Shown here: in pieces, positions 40,111 to 51,011 of the stretch
How the letters are laid out: each line of letters starts with the position of its first letter
Numbering within the stretch: position 1 is the first letter of the stretch
Source: an uncultured Verrucomicrobiae bacterium
GTDB taxonomy: Bacteria; Verrucomicrobiota; Verrucomicrobiia; Palsa-1439
Length of the DNA stretch: 64,000 bases
Direction of reading: 5' to 3'
NCBI GenBank assembly: GCA_963812605.1
Contig: CAWEWF010000002.1
Location: forward strand, 32,001 to 96,000
The notes under the pieces: generated by a model
What the model saw: only the letters and a program-made list of their open reading frames with translations
The model's database searches: none
What the model was told of the DNA's origin: nothing
Position numbers and translations under genes: made by a program

Positions 40111-40904
40111 AGGTTGTCTTGTTTTGCGGCGGTCTCGGAATGCGCTTGAAGGAAAGCGAGGAAAGCCTCCCGAAGCCGCTTGTGAGAATTGGCTACATGC
40201 CGATCCTGTGGCACCTGATGAAGTACTATGCCCATTTTGGACATAAGGATTTCATCCTCTGCCTGGGCTACAAGGCCGACGTGATCAAGCAGTATTTCCT
40301 CACCTATAACGAGTGCACCTTGAATGATTTTGTCATGACCAATGGCGGTCAGGACATCCAATTGCTCAACCATGACCTGAAGGACTGGCGGATTACATTT
40401 GTCGACACGGGCACTTATTGCACCGTCGGGCAGCGACTCAAGTCCGTCCAACATCATCTCCAAGGTGAAGAAATGTTCCTGGCCAATTACAGTGACGGGC
40501 TGACCGACCTCCCCCTGCCCAACCTCATCGATTTCGCGAAGCAGCAGCGCCGGATCGCCACGTTTCTCTGCGTCAGGCCGAACCTCACCTATCACTTCGT
40601 CACGATGGGTGATCAGGGCCGGGTCACCGGCATTAACGACATTCAAGGCTCCAATATTCGCATCAACGGTGGATTTTACGTTTTCCAGCAGGGGGTTTTC
40701 GATTATATCCAGAACGGCGAGGAACTCGTCCCCGGCTCGCTCCAGCGGCTCACTGACGACAATCAACTCAGCGCTTTTTGCTACGACGGGTTCTGGGCCG
40801 GGATGGATACGTTTAAAGACAAGCAACATCTCGAAGATCTGCACGCCCGCGGCGCAGCCCCGTGGGAAGTCTGGAAGCCGCAGTCGCCAACCGCGCGCAC
40901 CTGA
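40107..40904 (+). CDS. Second glucose-1-phosphate cytidylyltransferase-like protein
   Basis: VLFCGGLGMRL, PKPLV.IG, NYSDGL, INGGF, GFW..MDTFKD. Confidence 0.88.
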   Translation: MKVVLFCGGLGMRLKESEESLPKPLVRIGYMPILWHLMKYYAHFGHKDFILCLGYKADVIKQYFLTYNECTLNDFVMTNGGQDIQLLNHDLKDWRITFVDTGTYCTVGQRLKSVQHHLQGEEMFLANYSDGLTDLPLPNLIDFAKQQRRIATFLCVRPNLTYHFVTMGDQGRVTGINDIQGSNIRINGGFYVFQQGVFDYIQNGEELVPGSLQRLTDDNQLSAFCYDGFWAGMDTFKDKQHLEDLHARGAAPWEVWKPQSPTART

Positions 40905-40914
40905 CATTCTTCAC

Positions 40915-41571
40915 ATGATCACCCTGAAGCTTGACGATCAGCTTTGCGCCCCGCGCACCGTGTTGTGCCTCGGCGCACACGCCGACGACATTGAGATCGG
41001 CTGTGGCGGCACACTCTTGAAACTCACCGAACAGAACCCCAATATCACTGTCCATTGGGTTGTCTTCAGCGCCTCGCCTCCGCGTGCGCGCGAAGCCAAA
41101 CAGAGCGCCCGGGTTTTTCTGCGAAGCGCACACGCGAAGAAAATCGTGGTCAAAGCGTTTCGTGATAGTTATTTCCCGTTCATGGGCGAACGGATCAAGA
41201 AGTTCGTCCAACAGTTGAGCCAGGAGGTCGCGCCGGACCTGATCTTCACGCACCGCCGCAAAGATCTGCATCAGGACCATCGCCTGCTGGCCGAGTTGAC
41301 GTGGAACGCTTTTCGCAACCACCTGATTCTCGAGTACGAAATCCCAAAGTACGACGGTGACATGGGCGCCCCAAATGGCTACGTCCATCTCAGCAAAGAT
41401 ACGGCTGAACGCAAGGTGCGCGCCATTTGCGAACAATTCAAGACCCAGAAATCCAAACCGTGGTTTAGCGAGGACACATTCATGGCCCTGCTGCGGCTCC
41501 GCGGCATTGAGTCGAACTCGCCCGGCAAGTACGCCGAGGCCTTTTACTGCCAAAAGATGCTTCTCCTTTGA
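40915..41571 (+). CDS. PIG-L/LmbE-family deacetylase
   Basis: GAHADDIEIGCGG, DLHQDH, LEYEIPKYDGD. Confidence 0.88.
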   Translation: MITLKLDDQLCAPRTVLCLGAHADDIEIGCGGTLLKLTEQNPNITVHWVVFSASPPRAREAKQSARVFLRSAHAKKIVVKAFRDSYFPFMGERIKKFVQQLSQEVAPDLIFTHRRKDLHQDHRLLAELTWNAFRNHLILEYEIPKYDGDMGAPNGYVHLSKDTAERKVRAICEQFKTQKSKPWFSEDTFMALLRLRGIESNSPGKYAEAFYCQKMLLL

Positions 41572-41603
41572 CAATGCGTGGCGCTGACGCGACCACTACC
41601 ACA

Positions 41604-42134
41604 ATGATCTTCAAAAAAACGCGGATTCAAGGCGTGTACCTGCTCGAACTCGAACGGATAACCGACGAGCGCGGTTTCTTCGCCCGCCTCTGGTGCCAGA
41701 GCGAGTTTATAAAGCATGGGATCGATTCACGCCTCGTGCAATGCAATCTCTCTTTCAACCCGCACAGGGGCACGCTCCGCGGTATGCACTACCAGCTTCC
41801 GCCGCATGAGGAAACCAAGGTCGTGCGCTGCACCATGGGCGCCATCTTTGACGTCGCCGTGGATCTGCGGCGCGACTCCCCGACGTTCCAACAATGGGTC
41901 GGTGCGCCTCTGACTGTGGAAAACCGGGAGATGCTGGTGATCCCGCCGGGCTGCGCGCATGGATTCCTCACGCTGGCGGGGAACACAGAGGTCACCTACC
42001 AAATGTCTATGGCCTACGCGGCCAAACATGGCGCGGGTGTCCGCTGGAATGATCCGGCTTTCGACATCCAGTGGCCCGGTGACGTGAAGGTGATTGCCGA
42101 CCGCGATCGTAATTACCCCGATTTCAAGCCATGA
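41604..42134 (+). CDS. rfbC: dTDP-4-dehydrorhamnose 3,5-epimerase family protein
   Basis: DERGFF, GTLRGMHYQ, DVAVDLR.DSPT, AHGF, RWNDP. Confidence 0.88.
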   Translation: MIFKKTRIQGVYLLELERITDERGFFARLWCQSEFIKHGIDSRLVQCNLSFNPHRGTLRGMHYQLPPHEETKVVRCTMGAIFDVAVDLRRDSPTFQQWVGAPLTVENREMLVIPPGCAHGFLTLAGNTEVTYQMSMAYAAKHGAGVRWNDPAFDIQWPGDVKVIADRDRNYPDFKP

Positions 42135-43418
42135 TGACCGATAACATCGGCCTCGAGATGCACCGGCTGATCGCCGAATTGTACCCGATCTGCCGCAGCA
42201 TCACGGGCAACGGCCTTCGCGAAACGCTCCAGGCGGTGCGCCGGCGTATTCCGATCGAAGTCCATGAAGTGCCCAGCGGCACTTCCGGTGTTTGACTGGA
42301 CCGTGCCCAAGGAATGGAACATTCGCGACGCCTACATCAAGAATAGCCGGGGCGAACGCGTCGTTGATTTCCAGAAGTCAAACCTCCACGTCCTCAACTA
42401 CAGCACGCCAATCAAGGCCAAGCTGTCACTCGCCGAATTGAAGCCGCACCTATTCTCATTTCCCGAGCACCCGGATTGGATCCCGTATCGCACTTCTTAC
42501 TACGCGGAGCGCTGGGGGTTTTGTCTCAGCCATAATCAATTGCTCGCGTTGAAGGACGATGTGTACGAAGTCTGTGTCGATTCAACATTGAAAGACGGCC
42601 ACCTCACCTATGGCGAACTCCTTCTGCCTGGACAGAGTTCTGATGAGGTTCTGATTTCCTGCCACGCCTGTCATCCCTCGCTGGCCAACGACAATCTTTC
42701 CGGCCTTGCGCTCGCCACGTTCCTGGCGCGGCGGCTTGGCGAATCCCAGCACCGCTATTCCTACCGCTTTTTGTTCATCCCCGGCACCATCGGCTCGATC
42801 ACCTGGCTCGCGCGCAATGAGGAGCGGGTCGCCAATATCAAACATGGTTTGGTGATCACCTGCGTCGGTGACCAGGGGCGGTTGACTTACAAGAAAAGCC
42901 GGCGGGGCGACGCGGAAATTGATCGCGCTGTTGCCCATGTTTTCAAGTACTCGGGCCAGGAACATGAAATTCTGGAATTCACGCCCTATGGATACGATGA
43001 ACGTCAGTACTGCTCGCCCGGCTTCAACCTGCCGATCGGTTGTTTCATGCGCACGCCGAACGGGCGCTACCCCGAATATCACACCTCGGCGGACAATCTC
43101 GATTTCGTAAAGCCCGCCAGTTTGGCGGATTCCTTCGAGAAATGTCTGAAGGTGTTGGTGCTGTTGGAAGGCAACTTTACGTACCTGAACCTCAACCCAA
43201 AATGCGAACCACAGCTCGGTAAACGTGGCCTGTATCAAACCATTGGTGGCCAGACAGATGCGCGCCAGTTTGAATTGGCCATGCTCTGGGTGTTAAACCT
43301 TTCCGACGGCAAGCGCTCGCTCCTCGACATCGCGGAGCATTCGGGCACGGAGTTTGGCCTTGTCCGCAAAGCAGCAGACGCGCTTGTTCAACATACCCTG
43401 TTGAAGGAAGTCGCATAA
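42131..43418 (+). CDS. DUF4910-type aminopeptidase-like protein (frameshift near 42280)
   Basis: LYPICRSITGNGLRETL from 42131, then VFDWTVPKEWN, IPYRTSYY, CHPSLANDNLSG, DERQYCSPGFNLP, EYHTSAD. Confidence 0.85.
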
Positions 43419-44125
43419 TGCACCACGCACTTGCAAACCAGATTGCGGTCGTTACCGGTGCCAGCAGCGGCATTGGCAAGGCCCTCGCGCTGGCGCTCGG
43501 CGCCCAAGGTGCTGTGCTCTGCCTCCTCGGTCGCAATGTTAATTCGCTGGAATTCATCGCTCCGCGCGTTGCGAGTTTCGCCGTTGATTTGGGTGATGAA
43601 GCGCACATTCGCAAAGTCGCCGCCAGTCTGCAGAAGGATTTCGGGGGCGTCGACATTCTCATTCATGGCGCGGGCGTATTTGTTCCAGATCGCATCGATA
43701 CTGCCGCATCGGCTGATTTTGATTTGCAACAGCGCGTAAACGTGCGCGCGCCACGCTTGCTCACGCAGGAACTCCTGCCCACATTGCAGGCCCGGCGCGG
43801 CCAGATCGTTTTCATTAACTCGAGCGTTGCCCGCAAATCGGCTGCTGGTATCAGTCAATACACCGCGACCAAGACAGCATTGAAGGTATTCGCGGACGGT
43901 TTGCGAGATGAAATGAATCCTGCCGGCATTCGTGTCTTGAGTGTCTTTCCCGGGCGGACTGCCACGCCGATGCAAGCGGCGATTCACCGGATGGAAGGCA
44001 AGGATTATCGACCCGAGCGGTTGCTCCAGCCGGAAGATATCGCGTCGGTAGTCATCAACGCGTTGTGTCTGCCGCGCACCGCCGAAGTCACCGAGATCGA
44101 CATTCGACCCATGCAAAAGCCGTAG
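43418..44125 (+). CDS. Short-chain dehydrogenase/reductase
   Basis: TGASSGIG, YTATK, PGRTAT. Confidence 0.9.
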   Translation: MHHALANQIAVVTGASSGIGKALALALGAQGAVLCLLGRNVNSLEFIAPRVASFAVDLGDEAHIRKVAASLQKDFGGVDILIHGAGVFVPDRIDTAASADFDLQQRVNVRAPRLLTQELLPTLQARRGQIVFINSSVARKSAAGISQYTATKTALKVFADGLRDEMNPAGIRVLSVFPGRTATPMQAAIHRMEGKDYRPERLLQPEDIASVVINALCLPRTAEVTEIDIRPMQKP

Positions 44126-44143
44126 GCTGCTGGCCGCATCGAC

Positions 44144-45364
44144 GTGAAAGGTAATACCAACATATTATTGCTCGCGCACTCGCTCTCTACCAACGGAGCG
44201 ACCAAGGTCGCAATCCAGGTTTTCGAAGGCCTGCGTGAGACAATTTCCCTGCACACCCTGGCGTTATCTGGCGGCGCATTGGAAGCTCGTTTCGGTGAAT
44301 TGGGACCGGTTCAAGTGATGTCCGAGATGCCATTCCTGAATTGGCTTCCTTCTGTTCTTGCCAAGCGGCTGCTACCCTTAATCCCACGTGGGTTGCCCCT
44401 CCGCCTCAATGGCAGACTATTTTATCCCTGGCGGCGCAATTGGAAACCAGCCCTGGTGTACGTAAATAGCATAGCCGCACTGCCGTTGGTGCCTTTTCTG
44501 GGATTGGAAGGTATTCCTGTTCTGTTGCATGTTCACGAATTGGAGGTGCCCCTGCGGATTTATGCGCAGCATCATCCGAACCTGTTGCTGGAGCGACCGA
44601 CACGGTACCTCGCTGTGTCAGAGGCTGTGAAGCGGGCCTTGATTCGATGCGGGGTGCCGGCGGAAAAGGTGATCACGGTTCACGCGTTCATTCAGGAGGA
44701 AGATTCTGTTCCAGTTGCTTCCTCCGTGGGTGAGGCAGCCTTGGTCGTCGGGGGCGCCGGCGAATTGAATTGGTGCAAGGGAAACCAGTTGTGGTTGCTG
44801 ATGGCCGCGGAACTAAAGCAAATGCTGGGGCGCGACCGGGTGCGTTTTGTCTGGGTGGGGGTGCGGGACAATGACGAAGGCCAGTTTTTTCGGTACATGG
44901 CCCGCCAGTTGGGACTGGATGGGCTGGTGGAATTCGTTCCTTATACGAGCGAGCCGCTCAAGCAATTTGCTCGTTTTGACGTGTTTGCCATGACCTCTTG
45001 GGAGGAATCCGCTTCCCTCGTCGTTTTGGAAAACATGTTGCTTGAAAAACCGGTGGTTTGCTTCGCCGGAAGCGGCGGTCCCCCCGAACTTCTCGGCGAT
45101 ACCGGGGTGATTGTCGAGCAATTCGATCCCCGGACGATGGCCCAAGCCGTCGCTGCGCTCGCAAGGGACCCCGATAAAAGAGCCCGCTTGGGCCGGGCCG
45201 CGCACCAGCGGGTTAAAGAAGAATTTGTCGTTCCCGTGCAGGTGCCGAAGATCTTTCGCGTCATGGAATCCATGGTCCAAGACACCTCCGTCACTTTGAA
45301 AAAGCATCTACCCCGCGTGGCCGAGGTCGCCGAGATCAACATTCAGCCCCTGCAAAGGCCCTAG
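44144..45364 (+). CDS. GT4 glycosyltransferase
   Basis: HVHEL, KG, DVFAMTSWEE..LVVLE...KPVVCF..SGG..E. Confidence 0.85.
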   Translation: MKGNTNILLLAHSLSTNGATKVAIQVFEGLRETISLHTLALSGGALEARFGELGPVQVMSEMPFLNWLPSVLAKRLLPLIPRGLPLRLNGRLFYPWRRNWKPALVYVNSIAALPLVPFLGLEGIPVLLHVHELEVPLRIYAQHHPNLLLERPTRYLAVSEAVKRALIRCGVPAEKVITVHAFIQEEDSVPVASSVGEAALVVGGAGELNWCKGNQLWLLMAAELKQMLGRDRVRFVWVGVRDNDEGQFFRYMARQLGLDGLVEFVPYTSEPLKQFARFDVFAMTSWEESASLVVLENMLLEKPVVCFAGSGGPPELLGDTGVIVEQFDPRTMAQAVAALARDPDKRARLGRAAHQRVKEEFVVPVQVPKIFRVMESMVQDTSVTLKKHLPRVAEVAEINIQPLQRP

Positions 45365-45371
45365 CCGCCCC

Positions 45372-46268
45372 GTGAACAACTCACAAACCTCCAGGAAGGC
45401 GATCGTCACGCTGGCCATCGGTGATCGCTATCTCCAACATTGGAAGGGCGCTTGCGAAGCAAATTGGCGCGCCTATGGCGCCCAACACGGGTTCGATGTT
45501 ATCTGTTTCGACAAACCGCTGGATGATTCGGCGCGTGCCCGTAGACGCTCACCGGCCTGGCAAAAGTGCCTGGTTCTAAGCCAGGATATCATGCGGAGAT
45601 ATGACCGCGTCGTATGGGTCGACTCCGATATCCTCATCAACCACCGAGACGCACCGGCGATTGATGCCGGGGTACCGCTGGAAAAAGTCGGGGCGACAGA
45701 AGAATTTACGTTCGCGGAGAATGTAGGACACCAACCGCGCCAGTTGCTCGAACGCCTTTACACGTATTGGAAGAAATCCATCATCAACTACTCGGGCCGG
45801 GAGTATTACACGAACTATGGATTGCCTTCGGAGTTTGCCAGGGTTGTTCAGACGGGCGTGCTGGTGCTCTCCCCGCGGCATCATCGCTCGTTGCTGGAAA
45901 AGGTTTACCACAACCATGAGGAAAAGGGCGGACCGGAGTGGAACTACGAAATGCGGCCGCTATCCTACGAATTGCTCAAGGCGAATGTCGTTCACTGGAT
46001 TGATCCACGTTTCAATTTGGTGTGGACCTATTCGTTGTTCCTCCACTATCCGTTTTTGGTCGACCCCCAGACCGACAACACTCTGGGCGGTCGGGTCAAA
46101 CACAAATTGGCCACGGCGATGGACGCCCCGTCGTTCACCACCGTTCAGCGCGCGTGTATGACGACGGCGTTTCTCAACAGCTTTTTCTTCCACCTCAGTG
46201 ACGTCAACCTGGAACAATCGAGGTTCGTGAACCAGAACGCCGCTTCAATCGCCGACTGCAGGCTGTGA
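45372..46268 (+). CDS. Putative GT-A fold glycosyltransferase
   Basis: SPAWQK, VVWVDSDI (DxD), QTGVLV. Confidence 0.6.
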   Translation: MNNSQTSRKAIVTLAIGDRYLQHWKGACEANWRAYGAQHGFDVICFDKPLDDSARARRRSPAWQKCLVLSQDIMRRYDRVVWVDSDILINHRDAPAIDAGVPLEKVGATEEFTFAENVGHQPRQLLERLYTYWKKSIINYSGREYYTNYGLPSEFARVVQTGVLVLSPRHHRSLLEKVYHNHEEKGGPEWNYEMRPLSYELLKANVVHWIDPRFNLVWTYSLFLHYPFLVDPQTDNTLGGRVKHKLATAMDAPSFTTVQRACMTTAFLNSFFFHLSDVNLEQSRFVNQNAASIADCRL

Positions 46269-46272
46269 TTCT

Positions 46273-47254
46273 ATGCGCGCGCCCGTGGCACTCATCATCT
46301 TTAACCGCCCCGAATGTCACCGCGCGAGTGGCTGAAGCCATAGCGAAGGCGGGGCCGCCGCAAGTATTTGTCGTCGCCGACGGCCCGCGCCCCGACCGGC
46401 CGGGCGAAGCTGAGAAATGCGCCGCCACCCGCGCCGTTATCGAACGCATCGACTGGCCCTGCAAAGTGGTGAAGAAATACTCGGATAAGAACCTCGGGTG
46501 CGGCTCCGGCCCCGCCAATGGCATCGACTGGGTATTTGAACAAACGGACCGCGCCGTCATCCTGGAGGACGACTGCCTGCCCCATCCGACTTTCTTTCCT
46601 TATTGTGACGACTTGCTCGAACGGTATCGTGATGATGAGCGGATCATGCAGATTGCCGGAAGCAACTTCCAGTGCGGCCGCAAACGCGGCAACGCCAGTT
46701 ATTTCTTCTCGCGTTTCAAAATCTGCTGGGGTTGGGCGACCTGGCGCCGCGCCTGGCGGCACATGGACATGGGCGTGAAACGGTGGCCCGAATTGCGTGA
46801 GACATCGTGGCTGATTGACCTCGTCGGTGATGCGCGAGCGGCGCAGTATTGGGCCGATAAATTCGAAGGCGCCTACCATGCCGGTGGGGCGATCGATTAC
46901 TGGGACTACCAGTGGCTCTTCGCCACGTGGGTGCGCAACGGCCTTTGTATCATGCCCAACGTCAATCTGATCTCGAATATCGGTTTCGGCAAGGATGCCA
47001 CGCATACTACGTGGACGGGGAGCAAATGGGCGAATCTTCCGCTCGCGGAGATGCCCTTCCCTTTGCACCATCCATCCCGTATCCTGTGTGATGAACAAGC
47101 CGATGATTTCTTCGTCCAGGAAGTTGTCTTGACGAATGGGCCGCAGCCGCAAAGCACGCTGAGACGCGCGCTCAATAAGGCCCGCCAGGCTTACGCTGCC
47201 ACCATACCAGAACCCGCGCGAATGTTCCTGCGAAGCCTGCGGACACGGTCATGA
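46273..47254 (+). CDS. GT-A glycosyltransferase (FNRP/EDDC family), frameshift near 46312
   Basis: MRAPVALIIFNRP from ATG 46273, then ADGPR, ILEDDC, WGWATW.RAW, WDYQW, NIGF. Confidence 0.85.
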
Positions 47255-48000
47255 CCGAATCCAAGCTTACGGATGGACTCAGGGCTCGCGCCAGGAAACG
47301 GCTCGCGTGGATGTGGGTCAATTTCTGGCTTGCGCGGTCCGGCCGTGGGTTTTTCGGCCGAATCGCCGCTCGTCTCGCCGCGTGTGGTTATCCCCCGTAC
47401 AAGGGTCGTCTCGAACTGGCCCGAATCCAGCCCCGGGGCTACGTGGCCGCCAGCGCCAAAATCTCGCATGCGAATCTGACGATGGGAAACAATATCTTCA
47501 TCGGCGACGGTGTGATCATCTATCAACACGAAGGCGGCGGTCCTGTTGAACTGGGTGATCGCGTGATGTTGTTTGACGAGATCCTCGTCGAAACCCTCGC
47601 CGGTGGCGGCCTGCGCATTGGCGCGGACACCGCCATTCAACCGCGTTGCCATTTTACCACGGCGGTCGCCCCCATTCGGATCGGCAGCGGCGTCCAGATT
47701 GCGCCCCAATGTGCGTTCTATTCGTACGATCACGGGATTGTGGCGGACAAGTTGATTCGCAACCAGCCACTGCAATCAAAGGGACCAATTATTATCGAAG
47801 ACGACGCGTGGCTGGGCTTCGGCGTGATCGTGCTGTCGGGCGTCCACATCGGCAAGGGGGCTGTGATTGGAGCGGGTGCGGTCGTGACGCATGATATACC
47901 GGAAGGAGTAGTCGCAGTGGGGTCGCCCGCCCAGATTGTGAAAATGCGGAGCGAATTGAGCGAAGCCGAACTGGTGCGTTTTCAGGGGGCGGACCGATGA
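47251..48000 (+). CDS. Hexapeptide-repeat O-acyltransferase
   Basis: LbH repeats: IEDDAWLG...GVHIGKGAVIGAGAVVT.D. Confidence 0.88.
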   Translation: MTESKLTDGLRARARKRLAWMWVNFWLARSGRGFFGRIAARLAACGYPPYKGRLELARIQPRGYVAASAKISHANLTMGNNIFIGDGVIIYQHEGGGPVELGDRVMLFDEILVETLAGGGLRIGADTAIQPRCHFTTAVAPIRIGSGVQIAPQCAFYSYDHGIVADKLIRNQPLQSKGPIIIEDDAWLGFGVIVLSGVHIGKGAVIGAGAVVTHDIPEGVVAVGSPAQIVKMRSELSEAELVRFQGADR

Positions 48001-48881
48001 TTCTTCGCCTCAAGACCCCTGTTCTGAATGAGCCGACCAAGTTGGTCGCCATCGTGGTGCCTCTTTCCAAGCGACCGACACTGACGCCCGACGAGCAGAT
48101 CTCACTCCGGCACGCCACCCATTACTTTTCGCGGTACGATAAGTACCTGGTCGCGCCGGCCGGAGCGACTCCCGAACGCCCCGGTTTCCGGGTGAAGTTT
48201 TTTCCGACGAAATTCTTTGGGAGCATTGCGGCGCACGCGCGGATGATAACGGCGCCCTTGTTCTACAAAACCTTCTCCGATTACAAATACATTCTGATGT
48301 ATCACCTCGACAGCCTCGCGCTCTCCGACCAACTTGAGCAATGGTGCCAGACCGACCTCGACTATATCGGCCCGCCCTGGATCAATTGTCCCGACTCGCC
48401 CTGGGTAAAAAAGGAGCGCGTTGGCAACAGCGGTTTTGCGCTAATAAAGGTACAGAGCTTCCTCAAGGTGCTCTACTCTCCCAAGCCCTGGGTCGATCCC
48501 AACCAGTATTGGCACGAATATTACGGATCGAAGCCGAAATACATCCAGTACTTGAACCTGCCCAAGAAGTTCTTAAAGCGGCTGCCGATCTTCAACTCCT
48601 CACGGTTTCACATGTTTCGCTGGCTTCAGGGTCGCAGCGAGGCGGACATTTTCTGGTCGGATGAGGCGATCCACTACTATCCAGAGTTCAAGATCGCGGA
48701 CGTGGCGACCGGTTTGCGTTTTGCTTTCGAAGTTTCGCCGCGCCTGTGCTTCGAGCGCAACCACCATCAACTTCCGTTCGGTTGCCATGCCTGGGCGCGC
48801 TACGACCGCGCCTTTTGGGAACCGTACCTGCTTAAAGAGAACCCGGCAGAAGCCGAGAAACTGATCGCCGCGGGAAAATGA
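47997..48881 (+). CDS. DUF5672-like glycosyltransferase-related protein
   Basis: FYKTF..Y.YIL.YHLD, DYIGPPW, VGNSGF, FAFE..P, LPFGCHAW. Confidence 0.75.
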   Translation: MILRLKTPVLNEPTKLVAIVVPLSKRPTLTPDEQISLRHATHYFSRYDKYLVAPAGATPERPGFRVKFFPTKFFGSIAAHARMITAPLFYKTFSDYKYILMYHLDSLALSDQLEQWCQTDLDYIGPPWINCPDSPWVKKERVGNSGFALIKVQSFLKVLYSPKPWVDPNQYWHEYYGSKPKYIQYLNLPKKFLKRLPIFNSSRFHMFRWLQGRSEADIFWSDEAIHYYPEFKIADVATGLRFAFEVSPRLCFERNHHQLPFGCHAWARYDRAFWEPYLLKENPAEAEKLIAAGK

Positions 48882-49741
48882 TCGTGAAGGACATAAACAC
48901 CGTTTCGTCCCTGACGGACAATCCGTCGGTTGTGTTGATCCGTCCCCGCAAGGGCTGGTTACACTTCGACTTGGAAGCGGTCTATCGCTACCGCGAGTTG
49001 CTGTATTTTCTTGTCTGGCGGGACGTGCTGGTGCGTTACAAGCAAGCCGCCATTGGCGTCGCCTGGGTCGTCTTGCAACCCTTGCTCACCATGGTTGTTT
49101 TCACCGTGATCTTCGGTCGATTTGCGAAACTGCCCTCGGATGGGCTGCCCTACCCGCTTTTTTCGTTCACCGCGCTGCTGCCGTGGAATTACTTTGCGCA
49201 AGCCATCAGTCGCAGCGGCGTCAGCCTCGTTAGCAACGCAAACTTAATCAGCAAGATCTATTTTCCACGGCTGATTGTGCCAATCTCAGGCGCGCTCGGT
49301 CCCCTGGTCGATTTCGCGATCTCGTTCGTTATTCTGCTGGGAATGATGGTGTGGTATGGAATCGCGCCGACATGGGGCGTGTTCGCGCTGCCATTCTTTA
49401 CGCTGCTGGCGGTGGTGACGGCGGTGGCGGTCAGCCTGTATCTTTCGGCGCTCAATGTAAAGTATCGCAACGTCGGGCATGCGATTCCTTTCCTAGTGCA
49501 GTTTTGGATGTATGCGTCGCCCGTCGTCTACTCCACGAACATCATCCCTCCCAAATGGCGGCTGTTGTACAGCCTGAATCCGATGGTCGGGGTGATTGAA
49601 GGTTTCCGGTGGGCTCTGCTGGGCAAGGAGCGGCCGGATTTTACCGTGATGGCCGTGGGCGTGGCTGTAGCGGCGGTCCTTTTATTGGGCGGCCTGATTT
49701 ATTTCAAGCGTACCGAGCGGTTTTTTGCGGACATTATCTAA
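48878..49741 (+). CDS. Polysaccharide ABC exporter permease (Wzm) 2
   Basis: RELLYFLVWRDVLVRYKQ, KIYFPR, LNPM; paralog of 29472. Confidence 0.92.
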   Translation: MIVKDINTVSSLTDNPSVVLIRPRKGWLHFDLEAVYRYRELLYFLVWRDVLVRYKQAAIGVAWVVLQPLLTMVVFTVIFGRFAKLPSDGLPYPLFSFTALLPWNYFAQAISRSGVSLVSNANLISKIYFPRLIVPISGALGPLVDFAISFVILLGMMVWYGIAPTWGVFALPFFTLLAVVTAVAVSLYLSALNVKYRNVGHAIPFLVQFWMYASPVVYSTNIIPPKWRLLYSLNPMVGVIEGFRWALLGKERPDFTVMAVGVAVAAVLLLGGLIYFKRTERFFADII

Positions 49742-50998
49742 TGAATTCGCTGGCCATTTGCGCGGAGCATCTTTCCAAGATGTACGATATCGGCGCCCGA
49801 CGAGGGCGACACAATACGCTGCGCGATCGTTTGAGCAACAGCCTGAGGTCTCTGGCACGCCGGAACAACGCGTTGAGTGCGAATAATAAATTCTGGGCGC
49901 TGCGCGACATTTCGTTCGACGTGGAGCGCGGCGAGATCATTGGTTTCGTCGGGCGCAATGGCGCTGGCAAAAGCACATTGCTAAAACTGCTTTCGCGAAT
50001 CACGGACCCGACCGATGGCCAGGCCAGGATTTACGGGCGGGTTGGGTCGCTGCTGGAAGTTGGCACCGGCTTTCATTCGGAGCTGACAGGACGCGAGAAC
50101 ATCTATCTCAGCGGCGCGATCCTCGGCATGTCCAAGGCGGAAATCGACCGCAAGCTCGACCAAATCATCGATTTCTCGGAAATCGACAAGTTCGTCGATA
50201 CTCCGGTGAAGCGTTATTCCAGTGGCATGTACGTTCGCCTGGCGTTCGCCGTCGCGGCGCACCTCGAAACCGATATTCTTCTCGTTGACGAGGTGCTCGC
50301 CGTCGGCGATGCGGCGTTTCAAAAGAAATGCCTTGGCCAGATGGATAACGTCGCCAACAAGGAAGGCCGGACGGTGTTGTTTGTCAGTCACAACATGGCG
50401 ATGATCGAGAATCTCTGCCCGGCGTGTGCTCTGGTTGAAGGAGGGCCGTCTCGCCGGGGATGGCGCGCCCAATGAGGTCATCAGCAACTATCTCGCGGAA
50501 CTCTCGCAGATGAATAGTATTCCCCTCGTTCAGCGAACGGATCGCGAGGGCCGCGGCAACGTCCGCGCCGTGGCGGTCGAACTGCGGAACGCCGCGGGAA
50601 ACACGGTGGGCCGCCCGGTCTCCGGTCAGCAACTCGTGTTTCGGCTGCATTATCGGGGTGAACCAGGAAAGATCATCCGGAACTGTCGTATTTCCATCAC
50701 GGTCCATAAAGATGAGAAACTGTACTTCCTCTTATCCACCGATCTGGTCGACAAGACGCAGATCGATCTCGAAGGCGAAGGCAGCATCGATCTCATTGTC
50801 CCCGAGTTGCCGCTGACCGCCGGCACCTACGATCTGAACACTTTTATCCAATCGGGGCCGGATATTCAGGATTGGGTGGAACGAGCCGCGGAAATGCCCG
50901 TAATCGACGGTGATTTCTACGGCACGGGCCGCAATTATCCCCCCGACTGGGGCGGCTCGACCGTGCTGGTCCATCACTCGTGGCGACACCAGAAGTAA
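49741..50998 (+). CDS. Polysaccharide ABC exporter ATPase (Wzt) 2, frameshift near 50420
   Basis: GRNGAGKST, YSSGM, DEVLAVGD; C-terminal domain in the 50426..50998 frame. Confidence 0.9.
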
Positions 50999-51011
50999 CC
51001 GAACGATTATT

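Noticed and set aside
46273-47254. Hemolysin (this family is often labelled 'hemolytic protein HlpA')
   Set aside because: The EDD motif and cluster context indicate a GT-A glycosyltransferase.
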